Source: Malassezia furfur (lineage: Eukaryota). Taken from it: a DNA stretch of 64,000 bases. The position numbers and the translations under genes are program-made. Under the pieces are notes generated by a model. It was given only the letters and a program-made list of their open reading frames with translations, searched no databases and was not told the origin of the DNA. Every line of letters starts with the position of its first letter. Position 1 is the stretch's first letter. Below are positions 45,689-56,657 of this stretch, piece by piece. Where the stretch lies: NCBI GenBank assembly GCA_052055015.1, contig JBQJIT010000019.1; one strand, 5' to 3'.

Positions 45689-47272
45689 CTACGTCGCATG
45701 TACATCGTAGCGTGCCACGCGGCCGTGCCGCGCGAGGTGGGCGTGGAGGTCGTTGAGGCGCGTCGCCTCGGCCTCGAGGGAGTCGATCGATTCGTGAAGG
45801 TGTTCGGCAAGGATCCGGCGTTTCATGCGGTCCATGGTGGGGTCCATGCGTTTGAGCTCGTCTGCGAGCTCCGAGTAGAGCCGCTTTTGGTGCAGGAACT
45901 CGCGGCGGTGCTGCTCGAATACCTGCTCCAGCACGCGCAGCTCGGCGTCCGAAAGGAAAGGCGCCGGCGACTCTTGCAGGCGACGGAGAAGGACCTCGCT
46001 CGTGATGTCCGCGGCCTCGCGCGAACGCAAGCCGGCACGGATCCGGTCCTTGCGCGAGCGCCTCAGGTGTGCGTCTGGGCTGGTGGGCAGTCCCATGGCC
46101 TCGGCCACGGCACGGCAGACTTGTTCGTAGCGCTCCTGGGTCGAGTGGATGTTGTTCCGCGCAGAGTCTGGAGCGTGCGGTAGGTCTGGGGTGCGCCAGG
46201 AGGCGTCGTCGGCGTGCGTGGGCACGGCGCGGCTCGGTTCGAAACGAGTCGGGCCCGCTTGCCACGGGGAGTGGCTCGGTTTTTCGTACGGCGGCGTGAG
46301 TGGCGCGCCCCGGCGGGAGGCAGACGCAGGACCCTGGAGCTGTTCGAGAGTGTGTGAGATGCGCGCAAGCTCCTCGTAGAGCCGTGCGATGGTCGTCGCC
46401 ATCTCGGGGCCTGTCTCGGCTGCAGGCGATGGACGAGGACTGCGAACGGGTGGGTCAGACCGTGGTGCGCCCTGCAGCGCAGATGCGAGCTGGCGCGCGA
46501 GGCGATCCATCGGCTCAGGCACGCACTGGGCCTCGTGCGCGCGGAAGGATGTAGTGAGGTGCGCAAGCTCCTGCTTGTGTGCGTCAACCTCAGCTTCCAG
46601 CGCCGAGGTGCGCTGCATCAGCGCCTCGAGCCCCGTCTTGGCCAAAGGTGTCCCCGAGCGGATCTCACTTACTTCGCGCTCCATGTTGCGGATGCACGAG
46701 ACGAGCGCCTCGAGCTGGTGCTCGGCCCACCGTACGTGTTCGGGGAGGTGCGCCGGGGTTTCCTCGTTCACCTTGGTCTCGGCGCTGGAGTGCCGGCTGC
46801 CCTGGGGGCTGGGCCCGCGTGTATGGGTGCGCGGCGGAGCTGGCGGCTTGGCGGGAACGTCGTCATCCGAGGCGTCCTCGACGCGTGCGATGCGCGAAAT
46901 GTCGAGGTGCTCCTTCGCCTCGCGGCTCAGGCGCGGACGGACGTGATGGTTCAGGCGGCGCCCCTTGTCGCGCGGCGTCGCGAGGAACACAGTGTGGTTC
47001 CCGGTAGACTGTGAGAGCAGGTGTGGAATCTGATCTTCGTCGGACGTCTCAGAGGCCTCCGAGTCGCTGGTACGGCGCGCGCGCGCGAGGCGACGGGCGT
47101 ACGCCTTGCGCGTCGTGCTGTGACGCAGGCTGTTTTCGTCGATGAACGAGCTGGTGCGCACACGTTCCGGTGCATCAAATTGCATGTCGAGCTCGCGTTC
47201 GACGTCACGCCTGTGCTGCTCCTCGGCGGACGCCGGGATGGAGAACGAGGCGCCGAGACGCGCCCACGACAT
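45689..47272 (-). CDS. Coiled-coil protein with a Cep57/Ppc89-like C-terminal microtubule-binding domain
   Basis: C-terminal EFLHQKRLYSELADELKRMD..KRRILAEHL..IDSLE pattern. Confidence 0.55.
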   Translation of the reverse strand: MSWARLGASFSIPASAEEQHRRDVERELDMQFDAPERVRTSSFIDENSLRHSTTRKAYARRLARARRTSDSEASETSDEDQIPHLLSQSTGNHTVFLATPRDKGRRLNHHVRPRLSREAKEHLDISRIARVEDASDDDVPAKPPAPPRTHTRGPSPQGSRHSSAETKVNEETPAHLPEHVRWAEHQLEALVSCIRNMEREVSEIRSGTPLAKTGLEALMQRTSALEAEVDAHKQELAHLTTSFRAHEAQCVPEPMDRLARQLASALQGAPRSDPPVRSPRPSPAAETGPEMATTIARLYEELARISHTLEQLQGPASASRRGAPLTPPYEKPSHSPWQAGPTRFEPSRAVPTHADDASWRTPDLPHAPDSARNNIHSTQERYEQVCRAVAEAMGLPTSPDAHLRRSRKDRIRAGLRSREAADITSEVLLRRLQESPAPFLSDAELRVLEQVFEQHRREFLHQKRLYSELADELKRMDPTMDRMKRRILAEHLHESIDSLEAEATRLNDLHAHLARHGRVARYDVHAT

Positions 47273-47350
47273 GGCGGCTCGTGTTTCTCTCCGGCGCGTC
47301 GGCCGCGTTGGGCACGTGACATACGCACGGACGGGTTGGCCTCTTGCATC

Positions 47351-48928
47351 ATGAAACCAAGCGTGGGGTTCGTGCACCCCGACCTGGGGATCGGCGGCGC
47401 AGAGCGGTTTGTCGTGGATGCCGCCGTGCGTTTGAAGGAACTTGGACATGAAGTGCGCATCTTCACCTCGCATTACGACGCGTCCCACGCATTCGAGCCC
47501 ACGTTCGACGGCACGCTCTCGGTCGTGCACGCGGAAACGCGCGTGCCCCGCTCCATCTTTGCGCGGCTGCACCTGCCGATGGCAATTCTGCAGCAGCTTT
47601 CGCTGGTTTGGCAGCTTTGCTGGGCCACGCACGGTGCGCAGCTCGCGCAGCGTGCGCCCCTGCTCTACGCGATGCTGACGAGTCTGCCGCCCTCGGCACT
47701 GCCCGACGTGTTCGTGGTCGACCAGCTGCCCGTGGCGATCCCGCTGCTCAAGCTGCTGTGTGCGCGGCGCGTCCTGTACTACTGCCACTTTCCAGACAAG
47801 GAAATTAGTGCGTCACTCGCGGCACAACGCAAGGCGACGGGCTGGCTGCGCTCGCTGTACCGCCTGCCGCTCAACGCACTCGAGGAGGTCACGACGGCAT
47901 TTGCCGATCGTACCGTGGCCAATTCACGTTTCACCGCATTGCATTTCCGACGCGCATTCCCTCGCATCCAGTACACACCCCATGTGATTTATCCGGGTGT
48001 GGACGAACAGGCCTACCAGTCCGCGCAAGTGTCGCGTGCGTTACTGGCATACGAGGCGAAGCACACGAGCAGCATCGACAAGCAAATGTTTGACGCGGTG
48101 AGCGCCGTGCTCTCGGTCAATGACCGCCCGACGTTTGTCTCGGTGAACCGCTTTGAGGCGAAAAAGAACATTGCGCTCGCGCTCGAGACGGTCGCGCGGC
48201 TGCGCTCCGTGTCGCAGAGCAATCTGCCGCGCCTGCTCGTTGCGGGTGGCTACGACCAGCGTGTGCACGACAATGTCGAGACGCTCGCTGCGCTACGCGC
48301 ACAGGCGACGCGCCTCGGTATGCCACACGTCACGCTGTGGTGTGCACCGCCCGCCTATGAGCCCCCGCAGTCGCCGCCGCCGCTCGAAGCGGTGCAGAAG
48401 GCGGCAGTGGTCTTCTTCCCGTCGCTGCCTAGCCCGTTGCTGCACACACTATTGCTGAACAAGTCGGTGTGCGCGTTGCTGTACACACCGAAAAACGAAC
48501 ATTTTGGGATCGTGCCGCTCGAGGCGATGGCCTGCGGCGTGCCGGTGATTGCGACCAACACGGGCGGGCCCCTCGAGACCGTGGTGGACGCCGACGTGGA
48601 TGCTCGTGGCCTACCACAGGCTTCCGACGCCACGGGGCTGCTGCGCGCGCCCGAGCCGCGTGCATGGGCACACGCTTGCGCGCTTGTGCTCGACTGGGAC
48701 GACGCGACGCTCGAGCGCATCGCAACCAACGCCAAGCGGCGTGTCGCGCTACTCTTTTCGGTGCGCACGATGGGCGAGCGCCTCGACACGGACACGACGC
48801 GCCTCGCGGCCTTACCGCCGGTGACGCTCGTCGAGCGCGCCGAGGCTCTGGCGCTGATCGCAGCGCTGCTGGTGCTCGTGGGCACGGCACTGGCGTATGC
48901 CATAGGCTTTGTGGTACATCGGCTGTAA
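47351..48928 (+). CDS. ALG2: Alpha-1,3/1,6-mannosyltransferase Alg2
   Basis: HPDLGIGGAER, YYCHFPD, NRFEAKKNI and EHFGIVPLEAM. Confidence 0.95.
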   Translation: MKPSVGFVHPDLGIGGAERFVVDAAVRLKELGHEVRIFTSHYDASHAFEPTFDGTLSVVHAETRVPRSIFARLHLPMAILQQLSLVWQLCWATHGAQLAQRAPLLYAMLTSLPPSALPDVFVVDQLPVAIPLLKLLCARRVLYYCHFPDKEISASLAAQRKATGWLRSLYRLPLNALEEVTTAFADRTVANSRFTALHFRRAFPRIQYTPHVIYPGVDEQAYQSAQVSRALLAYEAKHTSSIDKQMFDAVSAVLSVNDRPTFVSVNRFEAKKNIALALETVARLRSVSQSNLPRLLVAGGYDQRVHDNVETLAALRAQATRLGMPHVTLWCAPPAYEPPQSPPPLEAVQKAAVVFFPSLPSPLLHTLLLNKSVCALLYTPKNEHFGIVPLEAMACGVPVIATNTGGPLETVVDADVDARGLPQASDATGLLRAPEPRAWAHACALVLDWDDATLERIATNAKRRVALLFSVRTMGERLDTDTTRLAALPPVTLVERAEALALIAALLVLVGTALAYAIGFVVHRL

Positions 48929-48930
48929 GT

Positions 48931-50526
48931 CTACATCTCGGTCCACCCGTCGCCCGTCTGGCGCTCACCCGTAATGAGCGTCAGGACAAACACGAGGAGG
49001 TTGGCGGTGAAGCCCATGCCAAAGCCGCGGAACAGGTTACGCAGGCCGCCCACGGAGCTGTACCCGCGCGCCACGAGCGACTGCACACTCAGCCCGCTCT
49101 GCGCGGGACGCAGCTGCGGGTCAATCGAGGTCTCCTCGGAGACAATCCGGTACATGCACTCCAGTACACCCGTGTACGGCGCCGGGCGCGTCTCGACGCA
49201 CGTCCGCAGCCCCACGCGCGCCGTGTTAGCGCTGCGCACACGCCCGAAGCCGGCGGAACGCGCGCTGTGCAGTGGCGGGTGGTACTGCAGCTGAAGGCGG
49301 CGGCGCACCGTCTCAATCGGCAGCGTGATGCACAGCGACAGCGTCGAGAGCAGCAGCTCACCGAGTGCATACGACACTGGCACCGCACTCGGGTCGAGGT
49401 GGAAAGTGTTCTCGAGCAGCAGCGGCGCACCCAAGGTCATCACCGAACGGAACAGGTAGTCGAGCACCGTGGGCACGAACAGCAGCGGTGTGAAGTAGGT
49501 CGTGCGCCAGCCGCCCTCCTCGCGGAAGATGGTGCGCAGCGCATCGAGCGGGCCGGCGTACTTGCGGTGCGACGGCAACGTCGACTGCGCCACCAGACGC
49601 GTGCGCACCAGATCCAGCGGCGACACCACCGCGCCCGTCACCACGTGCGACAGCGTGAGCAGACCGAGCGTCGTGAGCGGCTGCGGCGAAAAGGCAATCG
49701 GCATGGCGTTCAGTGCACCCGGCGCAAACAGCGACAGGAAGCCCGTGACAATCGACTGGATTGCATTCGTCGACACGTCCAGCACAAACGTGGTCAGCGT
49801 GCCCTTCCACAGACCCATCCACCCCTCCTTGCTGCGTGCCACCGCCTTGATCATCTCCCATACGCCGCCCCGCGCGACGATCGGCATGACAAACTCGGGC
49901 CGCGCATCCTCGTCGTAGAGGCTATGGCGTACCACGTACCCACTCCCGTCCGTTCCGTGCGGCCGGCTGGCACTCTCGCGGCGCTCCAGCGGCGGCGCCG
50001 ACACGTTGCGGAAGTAGCGCTCGGGGTCCGCATCGTCTTCTTCCTCCTCGGCCTCGCTCTTCTCCTGCCACGCGGAACGCCCGGACCACGGATCCTCCGT
50101 GTCGATGTCGTCCGAAGCCATGGGTGTTGCCTTGCTCTTCTGCGGCGCATTCATCCGGTCCCACGCTTGCTCGTTTGGCACCCACTGCACTTGCAGCAGC
50201 AGCTTACCGACCTCGAACGGCATTGCCAGGAAATTGCTCGTAAACTGCAGTGCAGCACTCATTGCGATGCCTTTAACCACCGCCCCAGGCGACAGGCGCT
50301 CGGCACCGCCCAGCTCCGCGAGGTCCGCCTCGGATGTCATGTACCGGTTCGTCGCCCCGGACGGCAGCGCAATCATCGGCGTGCTGTTGGCGCCACGCAC
50401 GGGCGCCGACGCAGCCTCACCACCCGGAGGGTGCACAGAATTCAGCATAGGAGCAGTCGCAACGAACGACATTTCGTCGCGCGGCTTGTAATACGGCCGC
50501 AGCCGGTGCGCATCCGCGGAGTCCAT
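48931..50526 (-). CDS. UGO1: Mitochondrial fusion protein Ugo1 (carrier-like fold)
   Basis: HRLRPYY, PFEVGKLLLQVQ, EGWMGLWKG, PLDLVRTRL and PIETVRRRLQ. Confidence 0.85.
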   Translation of the reverse strand: MDSADAHRLRPYYKPRDEMSFVATAPMLNSVHPPGGEAASAPVRGANSTPMIALPSGATNRYMTSEADLAELGGAERLSPGAVVKGIAMSAALQFTSNFLAMPFEVGKLLLQVQWVPNEQAWDRMNAPQKSKATPMASDDIDTEDPWSGRSAWQEKSEAEEEEDDADPERYFRNVSAPPLERRESASRPHGTDGSGYVVRHSLYDEDARPEFVMPIVARGGVWEMIKAVARSKEGWMGLWKGTLTTFVLDVSTNAIQSIVTGFLSLFAPGALNAMPIAFSPQPLTTLGLLTLSHVVTGAVVSPLDLVRTRLVAQSTLPSHRKYAGPLDALRTIFREEGGWRTTYFTPLLFVPTVLDYLFRSVMTLGAPLLLENTFHLDPSAVPVSYALGELLLSTLSLCITLPIETVRRRLQLQYHPPLHSARSAGFGRVRSANTARVGLRTCVETRPAPYTGVLECMYRIVSEETSIDPQLRPAQSGLSVQSLVARGYSSVGGLRNLFRGFGMGFTANLLVFVLTLITGERQTGDGWTEM

Positions 50527-50714
50527 CGCCTTGGGAGACAAGCCACGCGACGTATTCGTCTATGGACCTAATAGGGTATATGGGTGTTGGCGGCACAAGT
50601 CGTCGTCGCAACCTCTGCACCTCCGTGCGTACGGCGGCGCGCAGCCGAACGTGCGGCGAAAGCCCTTGCGGTGGTATGCTAGATGCGATGCACCAAGGAG
50701 TTGCAGCGCAGGGA

Positions 50715-50912
50715 TCACCGCCGGCCGAACACATCGCCCTCCGAGTGGTCAGCTCGCGTCACGGTTGGCGCGCTTGGCGTGTGTGCGCTTGGTGCGCGTG
50801 CATCATGGTTGGATTTTTTGACGCTTTTCGCCTTGTTCTCTTCCATATTCCGGCGCATGTCTTCCACGTCTTGCTTCGTGAGCCCCAGCGCGGTGGGCGG
50901 ACGGCGGATCAT
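50715..50912 (-). CDS. CDC26: APC/C subunit Cdc26 (65 aa)
   Basis: N-terminus MIRRPPTALGLTKQDVEDM fits the Cdc26/Hcn1 M-x-R-R-x-P-T motif. Confidence 0.7.
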   Translation of the reverse strand: MIRRPPTALGLTKQDVEDMRRNMEENKAKSVKKSNHDARAPSAHTPSAPTVTRADHSEGDVFGRR

Positions 50913-50974
50913 GGTCGGCGGCCCCAACGCGTACGTCACGTGGAGGTGAAATTTTGTGCTCATTCTCAACCAGC

Positions 50975-53647
50975 ATGGCCCGAGGCAGAGGCAAGCATCG
51001 TGGACGTGGCCGTGGCGGTCGCCAGGGTGGCGGTCGCAGCGAGGGAGAGCGCCACGGCGCGTACTCGATTATCGACCAAAAGAACCCCAAGTTTGAGGCG
51101 TACTACCTGGGCCAGGAGATTCTGCCACGCGAGGAATGGGACGCCTTCCTGGAGGCGATGCGCACGGCGCTTCCCACTACCTTCCGCATCACCTCGGGCA
51201 AGCCAACTTCGCGCCAGCTTCTGGATGCGATGCACGACATCTACCTGCCATTCTTGAGCAACGTCGAGTTTGAGGGCGAAAAAGTCGCCCCGCCGCGCCA
51301 GCTCGAATGGTACCCCGAGGGCCTTGGTTGGCACCTAGACGTGCGCAAGAACGTGCTGCGCAAGTCGCCCGAGTTCAAGCGGTTCCAGCAGTTCCTTGTG
51401 CACGAGACGGACGTCGGCTCCATCTCACGTCAAGAGGCCGTGTCGATGCTGCCGCCGCTCTTCTTGGACGTGCGCCCGGAGCACTTGGTGCTCGACATGT
51501 GCGCCGCTCCGGGCTCCAAGACGGCGCAGCTGATCGAGGCGATCCACTCCCCGGTGACATCAAAGCCTGATGCATTTGACCCGCTGCCGCTCGGCGTGGT
51601 GGTCGCCAACGACTCGGACACGAAGCGGGCCCATATGCTCGTGCACCAAGCACAGCGCCTCCCGTCGCCCAATCTATGTGTGACCAACGTGGACGCAAGC
51701 AGCTACCCCAACGTGAACGTCGCGTGGAAGGGCCCTAACGCGTCCGACAAGGTGGTCCAACGCGAGCTCAAGTACGACCGGATTCTTGCTGATGTGCCGT
51801 GCTCGGGCGATGGTACGCTCCGCAAGAACATTGCTATCTGGAAGGACTGGACTACCGGAAATGGTGTGGGTCTTCATGCGTTGCAGACGCGCATCCTGAT
51901 CCGCGGCCTACAGCTCCTGCGTCCCGGCGGCCGCTTGGTGTACTCGACCTGCTCACTTAACCCGGTCGAGAATGAGGCGGTGGTGGGCGCCGCGCTGCGT
52001 CATTTCAAGGGTGACGTCGAGCTCGTCGACTGCTCCGATCTTCTCCCTGCGCTCAAGCGCCGGCCCGGTATGACCTCGTGGAAGGTCGCCCCCGGCCGTG
52101 GTGCGCATCTCTTCCCCAAGCAGGAGGGCGAGGCTGCGCCCACCGAAAAGCCCACTGAAGAGAGTGTACAGGATGAGGCGGCCGAGGTGGCGCCCGCAGA
52201 CGCCCAGGCTGATGCCGCTGCGCCCCCGAAGCTGCCGCGCATTCCGTGGGTCGAGTCGTGGGACGTGCTGCAGACGCTCGATGCCGACCTGGCTGCCCGC
52301 CTGCCGCGCAGCCTCTGGCCGCAAGGTGACGAGGCAGCGCTGCAGCTGGAGCGCTGCGTGCGTGTCTACCCTCACATGCAAAATACGGGCGGGTTCTTTG
52401 TGGCATGCCTCGTAAAGAAGGAGACCACCCCTGAGGACTCGGAGTCGCTTGCGGAGGGCATGGTGCGTGCCATGCAGGCGCTGGACCAGGAGCGCAGCAA
52501 GGAGACCGTCGTGGCCGAGGCCACGGCGGAATCCGGTGCGAAACGCGGTATCGAGGAGCCGAGTACGGGTACGGACGAAGAGCCGGCCGCAAAGCGGGCG
52601 CGCTCGGACGGCTCGGAGGCGACAAGCGGCCCTGCTGAGGCGGACAAAACATCCGACGAGACGCCTGCCGCCATCGATGCTGCGCTGCCTGCTGCGGATA
52701 AGCACGAAGAAGATCGCAAGACGGCACAGAAGAAGCGCACGCAGCCAGAAGGAGTGGCGATTGGGCCTGGCGGAATGCCGTACCGCGAAGATCCGTTCGC
52801 CTACGTCAATCCCCAGAACGCTGAAGTGCAGTCGTGCGTGGAGTGGTTTGGCCTGCACGACTTCCCGGTGGGCAACTTGCTCGTGCGCAACGCGGAGCAG
52901 GTGCCGCTGCGCAGCATCTACCTCACATCGAGCTCGGTGCGTGCCATTGTGGCCGGCGGCGGAGTGGGCGTGGGTGTGCACCCGACAATGAACCCGATTC
53001 GCCTGCGTCTGCTCAACTGTGGTGTCAAGGTCTTCGGACGCCAGGAGTCAGTGAGCAAGGCGAACCAGGCTGCGTTGCAGGCGGGCAACGCCGACGCGGA
53101 TGCGCGCCGCGAGAGTTTGTCGACGTCGCTGACGTGCCGCTGGCGTGTTGTGTCCGACTCGCTGCATTCCATGCGCCCGTTTCTGAGCGACAAGGTGGTG
53201 ATCCGTGCGTCACTGTCGGATCTGGCGTTCTTTATCAAGAACTATTACCCTGTGCTCGATAGCGTTCCGGGCGAAGTCGGTGCGCGTGTGCGCGAGTCAG
53301 CGATGGGAAGCTACGTGCTGGACATTGAGCCCAGCGAATACGAAAACCACAAGCTGACGGTGCCGCTGAGCTACCCAATCTGGCGCTCGATCGCCTCGGT
53401 GAACCTTATGCTGGACAAACAAGAGAAGAGCGCCCTCTCGTTCCGCTTGTTTGATACGGACCTGTCGGACCCGGAAGGACAGCGACAATTCTCGGCGAAC
53501 CCGCGGAACCGCAACAACAAGAAGAACGCGGCCGAGCAGGTGGCAGGGGACAGTGCTGTGCTTAATAACGAAGGCACAGACACCACCACCGAGCCCACCG
53601 AGCCGATGGAGGCCTCCGAGCCTGCAGAACCGGCCGCAGAGTCATAA
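50975..53647 (+). CDS. NCL1: tRNA (cytosine-5) methyltransferase Ncl1/Trm4/NSUN2
   Basis: RQEAVSMLPP, DMCAAPGSKT, DVPCSGDG and YSTCSLNP. Confidence 0.95.
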   Translation: MARGRGKHRGRGRGGRQGGGRSEGERHGAYSIIDQKNPKFEAYYLGQEILPREEWDAFLEAMRTALPTTFRITSGKPTSRQLLDAMHDIYLPFLSNVEFEGEKVAPPRQLEWYPEGLGWHLDVRKNVLRKSPEFKRFQQFLVHETDVGSISRQEAVSMLPPLFLDVRPEHLVLDMCAAPGSKTAQLIEAIHSPVTSKPDAFDPLPLGVVVANDSDTKRAHMLVHQAQRLPSPNLCVTNVDASSYPNVNVAWKGPNASDKVVQRELKYDRILADVPCSGDGTLRKNIAIWKDWTTGNGVGLHALQTRILIRGLQLLRPGGRLVYSTCSLNPVENEAVVGAALRHFKGDVELVDCSDLLPALKRRPGMTSWKVAPGRGAHLFPKQEGEAAPTEKPTEESVQDEAAEVAPADAQADAAAPPKLPRIPWVESWDVLQTLDADLAARLPRSLWPQGDEAALQLERCVRVYPHMQNTGGFFVACLVKKETTPEDSESLAEGMVRAMQALDQERSKETVVAEATAESGAKRGIEEPSTGTDEEPAAKRARSDGSEATSGPAEADKTSDETPAAIDAALPAADKHEEDRKTAQKKRTQPEGVAIGPGGMPYREDPFAYVNPQNAEVQSCVEWFGLHDFPVGNLLVRNAEQVPLRSIYLTSSSVRAIVAGGGVGVGVHPTMNPIRLRLLNCGVKVFGRQESVSKANQAALQAGNADADARRESLSTSLTCRWRVVSDSLHSMRPFLSDKVVIRASLSDLAFFIKNYYPVLDSVPGEVGARVRESAMGSYVLDIEPSEYENHKLTVPLSYPIWRSIASVNLMLDKQEKSALSFRLFDTDLSDPEGQRQFSANPRNRNNKKNAAEQVAGDSAVLNNEGTDTTTEPTEPMEASEPAEPAAES

Positions 53648-53764
53648 CTTTGATGATAGTCGTACTATGCTTATTCTAACCCATGGTATGCGGGACATTG
53701 ATCCATTCGGACATGCCAATGGCACGACCCCAAAAAAAAAACCGAGAAAGCGAAAACAAAAATA

Positions 53765-53846
53765 TGCGCCAAGGGGGAATCGAACCCCCGGCACAGCTAC
53801 ATCTTTGCGATGGCAAAGCTGTATTTTACCACTAAACCATTGGCGC
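53765..53846 (-). tRNA. tRNA-Gly(GCC) with an ~11-nt intron
   Basis: GCGCCAA/TTGGCGC acceptor stem, TGGTTTAGTGGTAAAA D-arm, CAGCT-TTGCCA..T-AGCTG anticodon arm, GGGGGTTCGATTCCCCC T-arm and a downstream T-run. 82 nt minus 11 gives 71 nt. Confidence 0.93.
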
Positions 53847-54072
53847 TTGTTGTTGAAGGCAAAGCATCTTTGTTCCTCTATAACCGGCCAAGACGGCCAC
53901 GATGCACAAAAAAAAATTAGAATCGTACAGACATGACTATCGATCGGCGTCACGTTCTTTTTGTGAGCCAGTCCCATGCACGGCCAAACATGCGTGCAAT
54001 GTTGCCTAATGACGAGCTCGGTGTCAACCAGGTCCAACAACTTGTGACCACCCGTATCCCGGGCGGTCCAAA

Positions 54073-55723
54073 TCAGGACGCACCAGTTTTGTCTTCCTTG
54101 TCCTTGGCGTCGGACTTATCCTTCGACTTGTCCTCGGGCGCCGCGTCGGCGCTCGGCTTGTTACCCTGCGCGTCAGGCTGTGCCTTGGTTTTGGACGCCG
54201 CATCGCCCGCCGGCTCATCCTGCGGCCCCAGTTCGCCGCCCCAAATCGGGCGTGCGGGAGCCTTTTTGGTGTCGGCAGGCTTTTCGGCGTCCTTGGTCTT
54301 GGTCGTCTTTTTGTCCTGCATCTTGGCACGCGACTGCCGGAGGGCCTCGGTCACGGGCCGCGCACCTTCCACGTCGTCCACAAACTCTTGCAGCAGCTCT
54401 TTCTGTCGCTTCGTAAGAGATCTAGGGTTAGCCGTGCGGAAGAGGGGGTACATACCTTGGGATCGTAATGTCAAATTGCACCATCAAATCGCCGTGCGAC
54501 TCGTAGCTCTTGCGGTTCGTCAGGCGCGGTACGCCGCGGCCGCGCAGCACCATCTCCTCGCCCGGCTGCGTGCCCGACGGCACACGGACCTCGACGTCGC
54601 CGTCCAGCGTAGGCACACGCACTTTGCCACCGAGCACTGCCGTGTAGAAGGGAATGTGTGCAGGGTAGAACAGGTTCGTACCTTGGCGGCGCCAGATGCG
54701 GCTGGGCGCGACGTTGATACGCACCACAAGCGAACCTGCCTGCCCGTCACCCATGAGCGGCGCATCTCCTGCTCCGTCCATCCGAATGCGGTAGCCATCG
54801 TCCACGCCCGCAGGGATGTTCACCGAAACCGTCCGCTTGATGCGGACGCGGCCGGCGCCCGAGCAGGTGTTGCACTCGTCACCGGGTGCAACCGTTGAGC
54901 CCGTGCCGTTGCAAGCAGGGCAGCTGCTTGCCATCTGGAAGCCGCCCTGGATCACAAACGTCCGTGTGCCGGTCCCGTTGCAGACCTCACACGTCTTGCG
55001 CTTCGCCTCAGGCTTGAGGCCCGACCCGGAGCAGGGCGTGCACCGCTCAATGGGCGAGATGGTCACGGTACGGGTCGTACCCTTGCAAGCCTCATCAAAG
55101 GTGATGTTGATCGACGTGTCAATGTCTTCGCCACGCGTGTCCGCGGCAAAGCCGCCGCGCGCCGAACGGCCACCACCGAACGCGCCGCCGCCAAAAGCAC
55201 CTCCAAAGAGCGACTCGAAGATGGACTCGGCACTACCCGCTGCATGGAAGCCGCCGAAGCCCGCGCCACCGAAGGGCGAACCGCCGCCGCCGAACGGATT
55301 GAAGCCGGCGGAGCCATCGGTAGTGCCAAACTTGTCGAACGAAGAGCGCTTCTCTGGGTCACTCAACAGGTCGTACGCGGCCTGAATCTCCACAAAGCGC
55401 TCCTTGGCGCCGGGCTCCTTGTTCGCATCGGGGTGGTATTTTTTGGCGAGTTGGTAGTATGCGTTCTTAATATCCTTAGCAGACGCGTCTTTGCTAACGC
55501 CCAGGGTCCCGTAAGGATCTTTGGGCACGCTCTCCCGGCGATTGCTCGTGCTGAACGAGCGCACGCCGGCAATTAGCGCACCCTCGCGGCGCAGTGCATG
55601 GGTATGTTGGCGGCTCGCCTTGCGCGTGTGTGGCGTACAGGAAGTGAGCGTGCAGAATTGCGCGGAACGAGTCGGATGGCGTGCAGACGACCGGGAAAAG
55701 GCCCGGAGTCCTCCCATCGCCAT
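54073..55723 (-). CDS. MDJ1: Mitochondrial class A J-protein Mdj1 (one intron near 54422-54455)
   Basis: Presequence, J-domain with HPD, G/F region and four CxxCxGxG repeats. Confidence 0.9.
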
Positions 55724-55916
55724 CTCGACACCTCCTTTCCTAGGTTGTCCAACAACGGATCCAGTCATGAGAAGGAGAGACGCGCGTGCGGCCGTGCTGC
55801 GTCGTTTATGTTCCGACCGAAATTCGGGTCGAGCTCGGCTTCCTACACTCCAGAAAATTCTTTCTATTGGCAAGCCACCCCCTCTTCCACGTGGGCGTGT
55901 GGAGGTTCGCTCGGCC

Positions 55917-56581
55917 TTACAATTGGGCCGGGGGAACCAGCTTGAGCGCGGCCAGGAAGGCCTGCGAGTACCTGGATGTCAGTCGCGTCAAGGCGGTCCA
56001 CATACTGCAAGCATTGATCGTATACGGTCTGAAACGCATGATCGCCGAGCTTGAGTTAGTAAAGGCACATCGTACATACATAGTAAGGATCGTAAATCGT
56101 CTTCTTATCGTCGCTGAGTGAGTGTAGACCACGCACAATTCGGAAAAGAGCATGACCCTGATGTCAGCAAGAGCCACATACTGTGCTTTGGTCCCCTTCG
56201 GTTGGATACGCTTGAGGTTCTTGATGTTGTTCGAGCTGCCATTAGCCCATGCGTGCAGACGTACTCCATGCCAAAGATGTAGTCAAACTTGTCGAAATCG
56301 CCCCGGTCAATGCTCCGTGCGAATGAGTTGATCGGCACGTTGTTCTTCCGGCAGATTTGTGTGGTGCTGCGTGAGCATGATGGCGCCTGGGTGCGTACAT
56401 ACCGCAGATCGGGCTCCTCGCCGACGTGGTAATCGGCGGTACCGCACGAATCAATCACACCAAACTTATCCTGGACATTGTTCCGACGGACCGATTCGGC
56501 AAACACGGCCTCTGCCATAGGACTACGGCAGATGTTGCCCAGGCAGCAGAACAACACGTTGATCTTGTCTGCTCCACCCAT
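55917..56581 (-). CDS. LTP1: Low-molecular-weight protein tyrosine phosphatase (about 6 short introns)
   Basis: CLGNICRSP P-loop, DYIFGMD and IYDPYY. Confidence 0.9.
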
Positions 56582-56657
56582 CGTAGCAAATAACCGGGCG
56601 CACAAATCCCCGCTGATGTAAAAAGGTCCAATTTTTTGGCCAGTGGGTCTACCTCAT

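Noticed and set aside
47273..47788. Apparent overlap of the Ppc89-like ORF (to 47788) with the ALG2 ORF (from 47021)
   Set aside because: An artefact of alternative-start ORF calling. The ATGs at 47272 and 47351 give two non-overlapping divergent genes; the same applies to SMI1/CWH41.
48469..50571. 700-aa plus-strand ORF antisense to UGO1, and many similar Arg/Ala-rich ORFs
   Set aside because: Arg-rich shadow-frame composition, fully explained by the real genes at these positions.
50975..53846. tRNA gene immediately downstream of the tRNA methyltransferase NCL1
   Set aside because: A single adjacency with no evidence of a functional link; probably chance.
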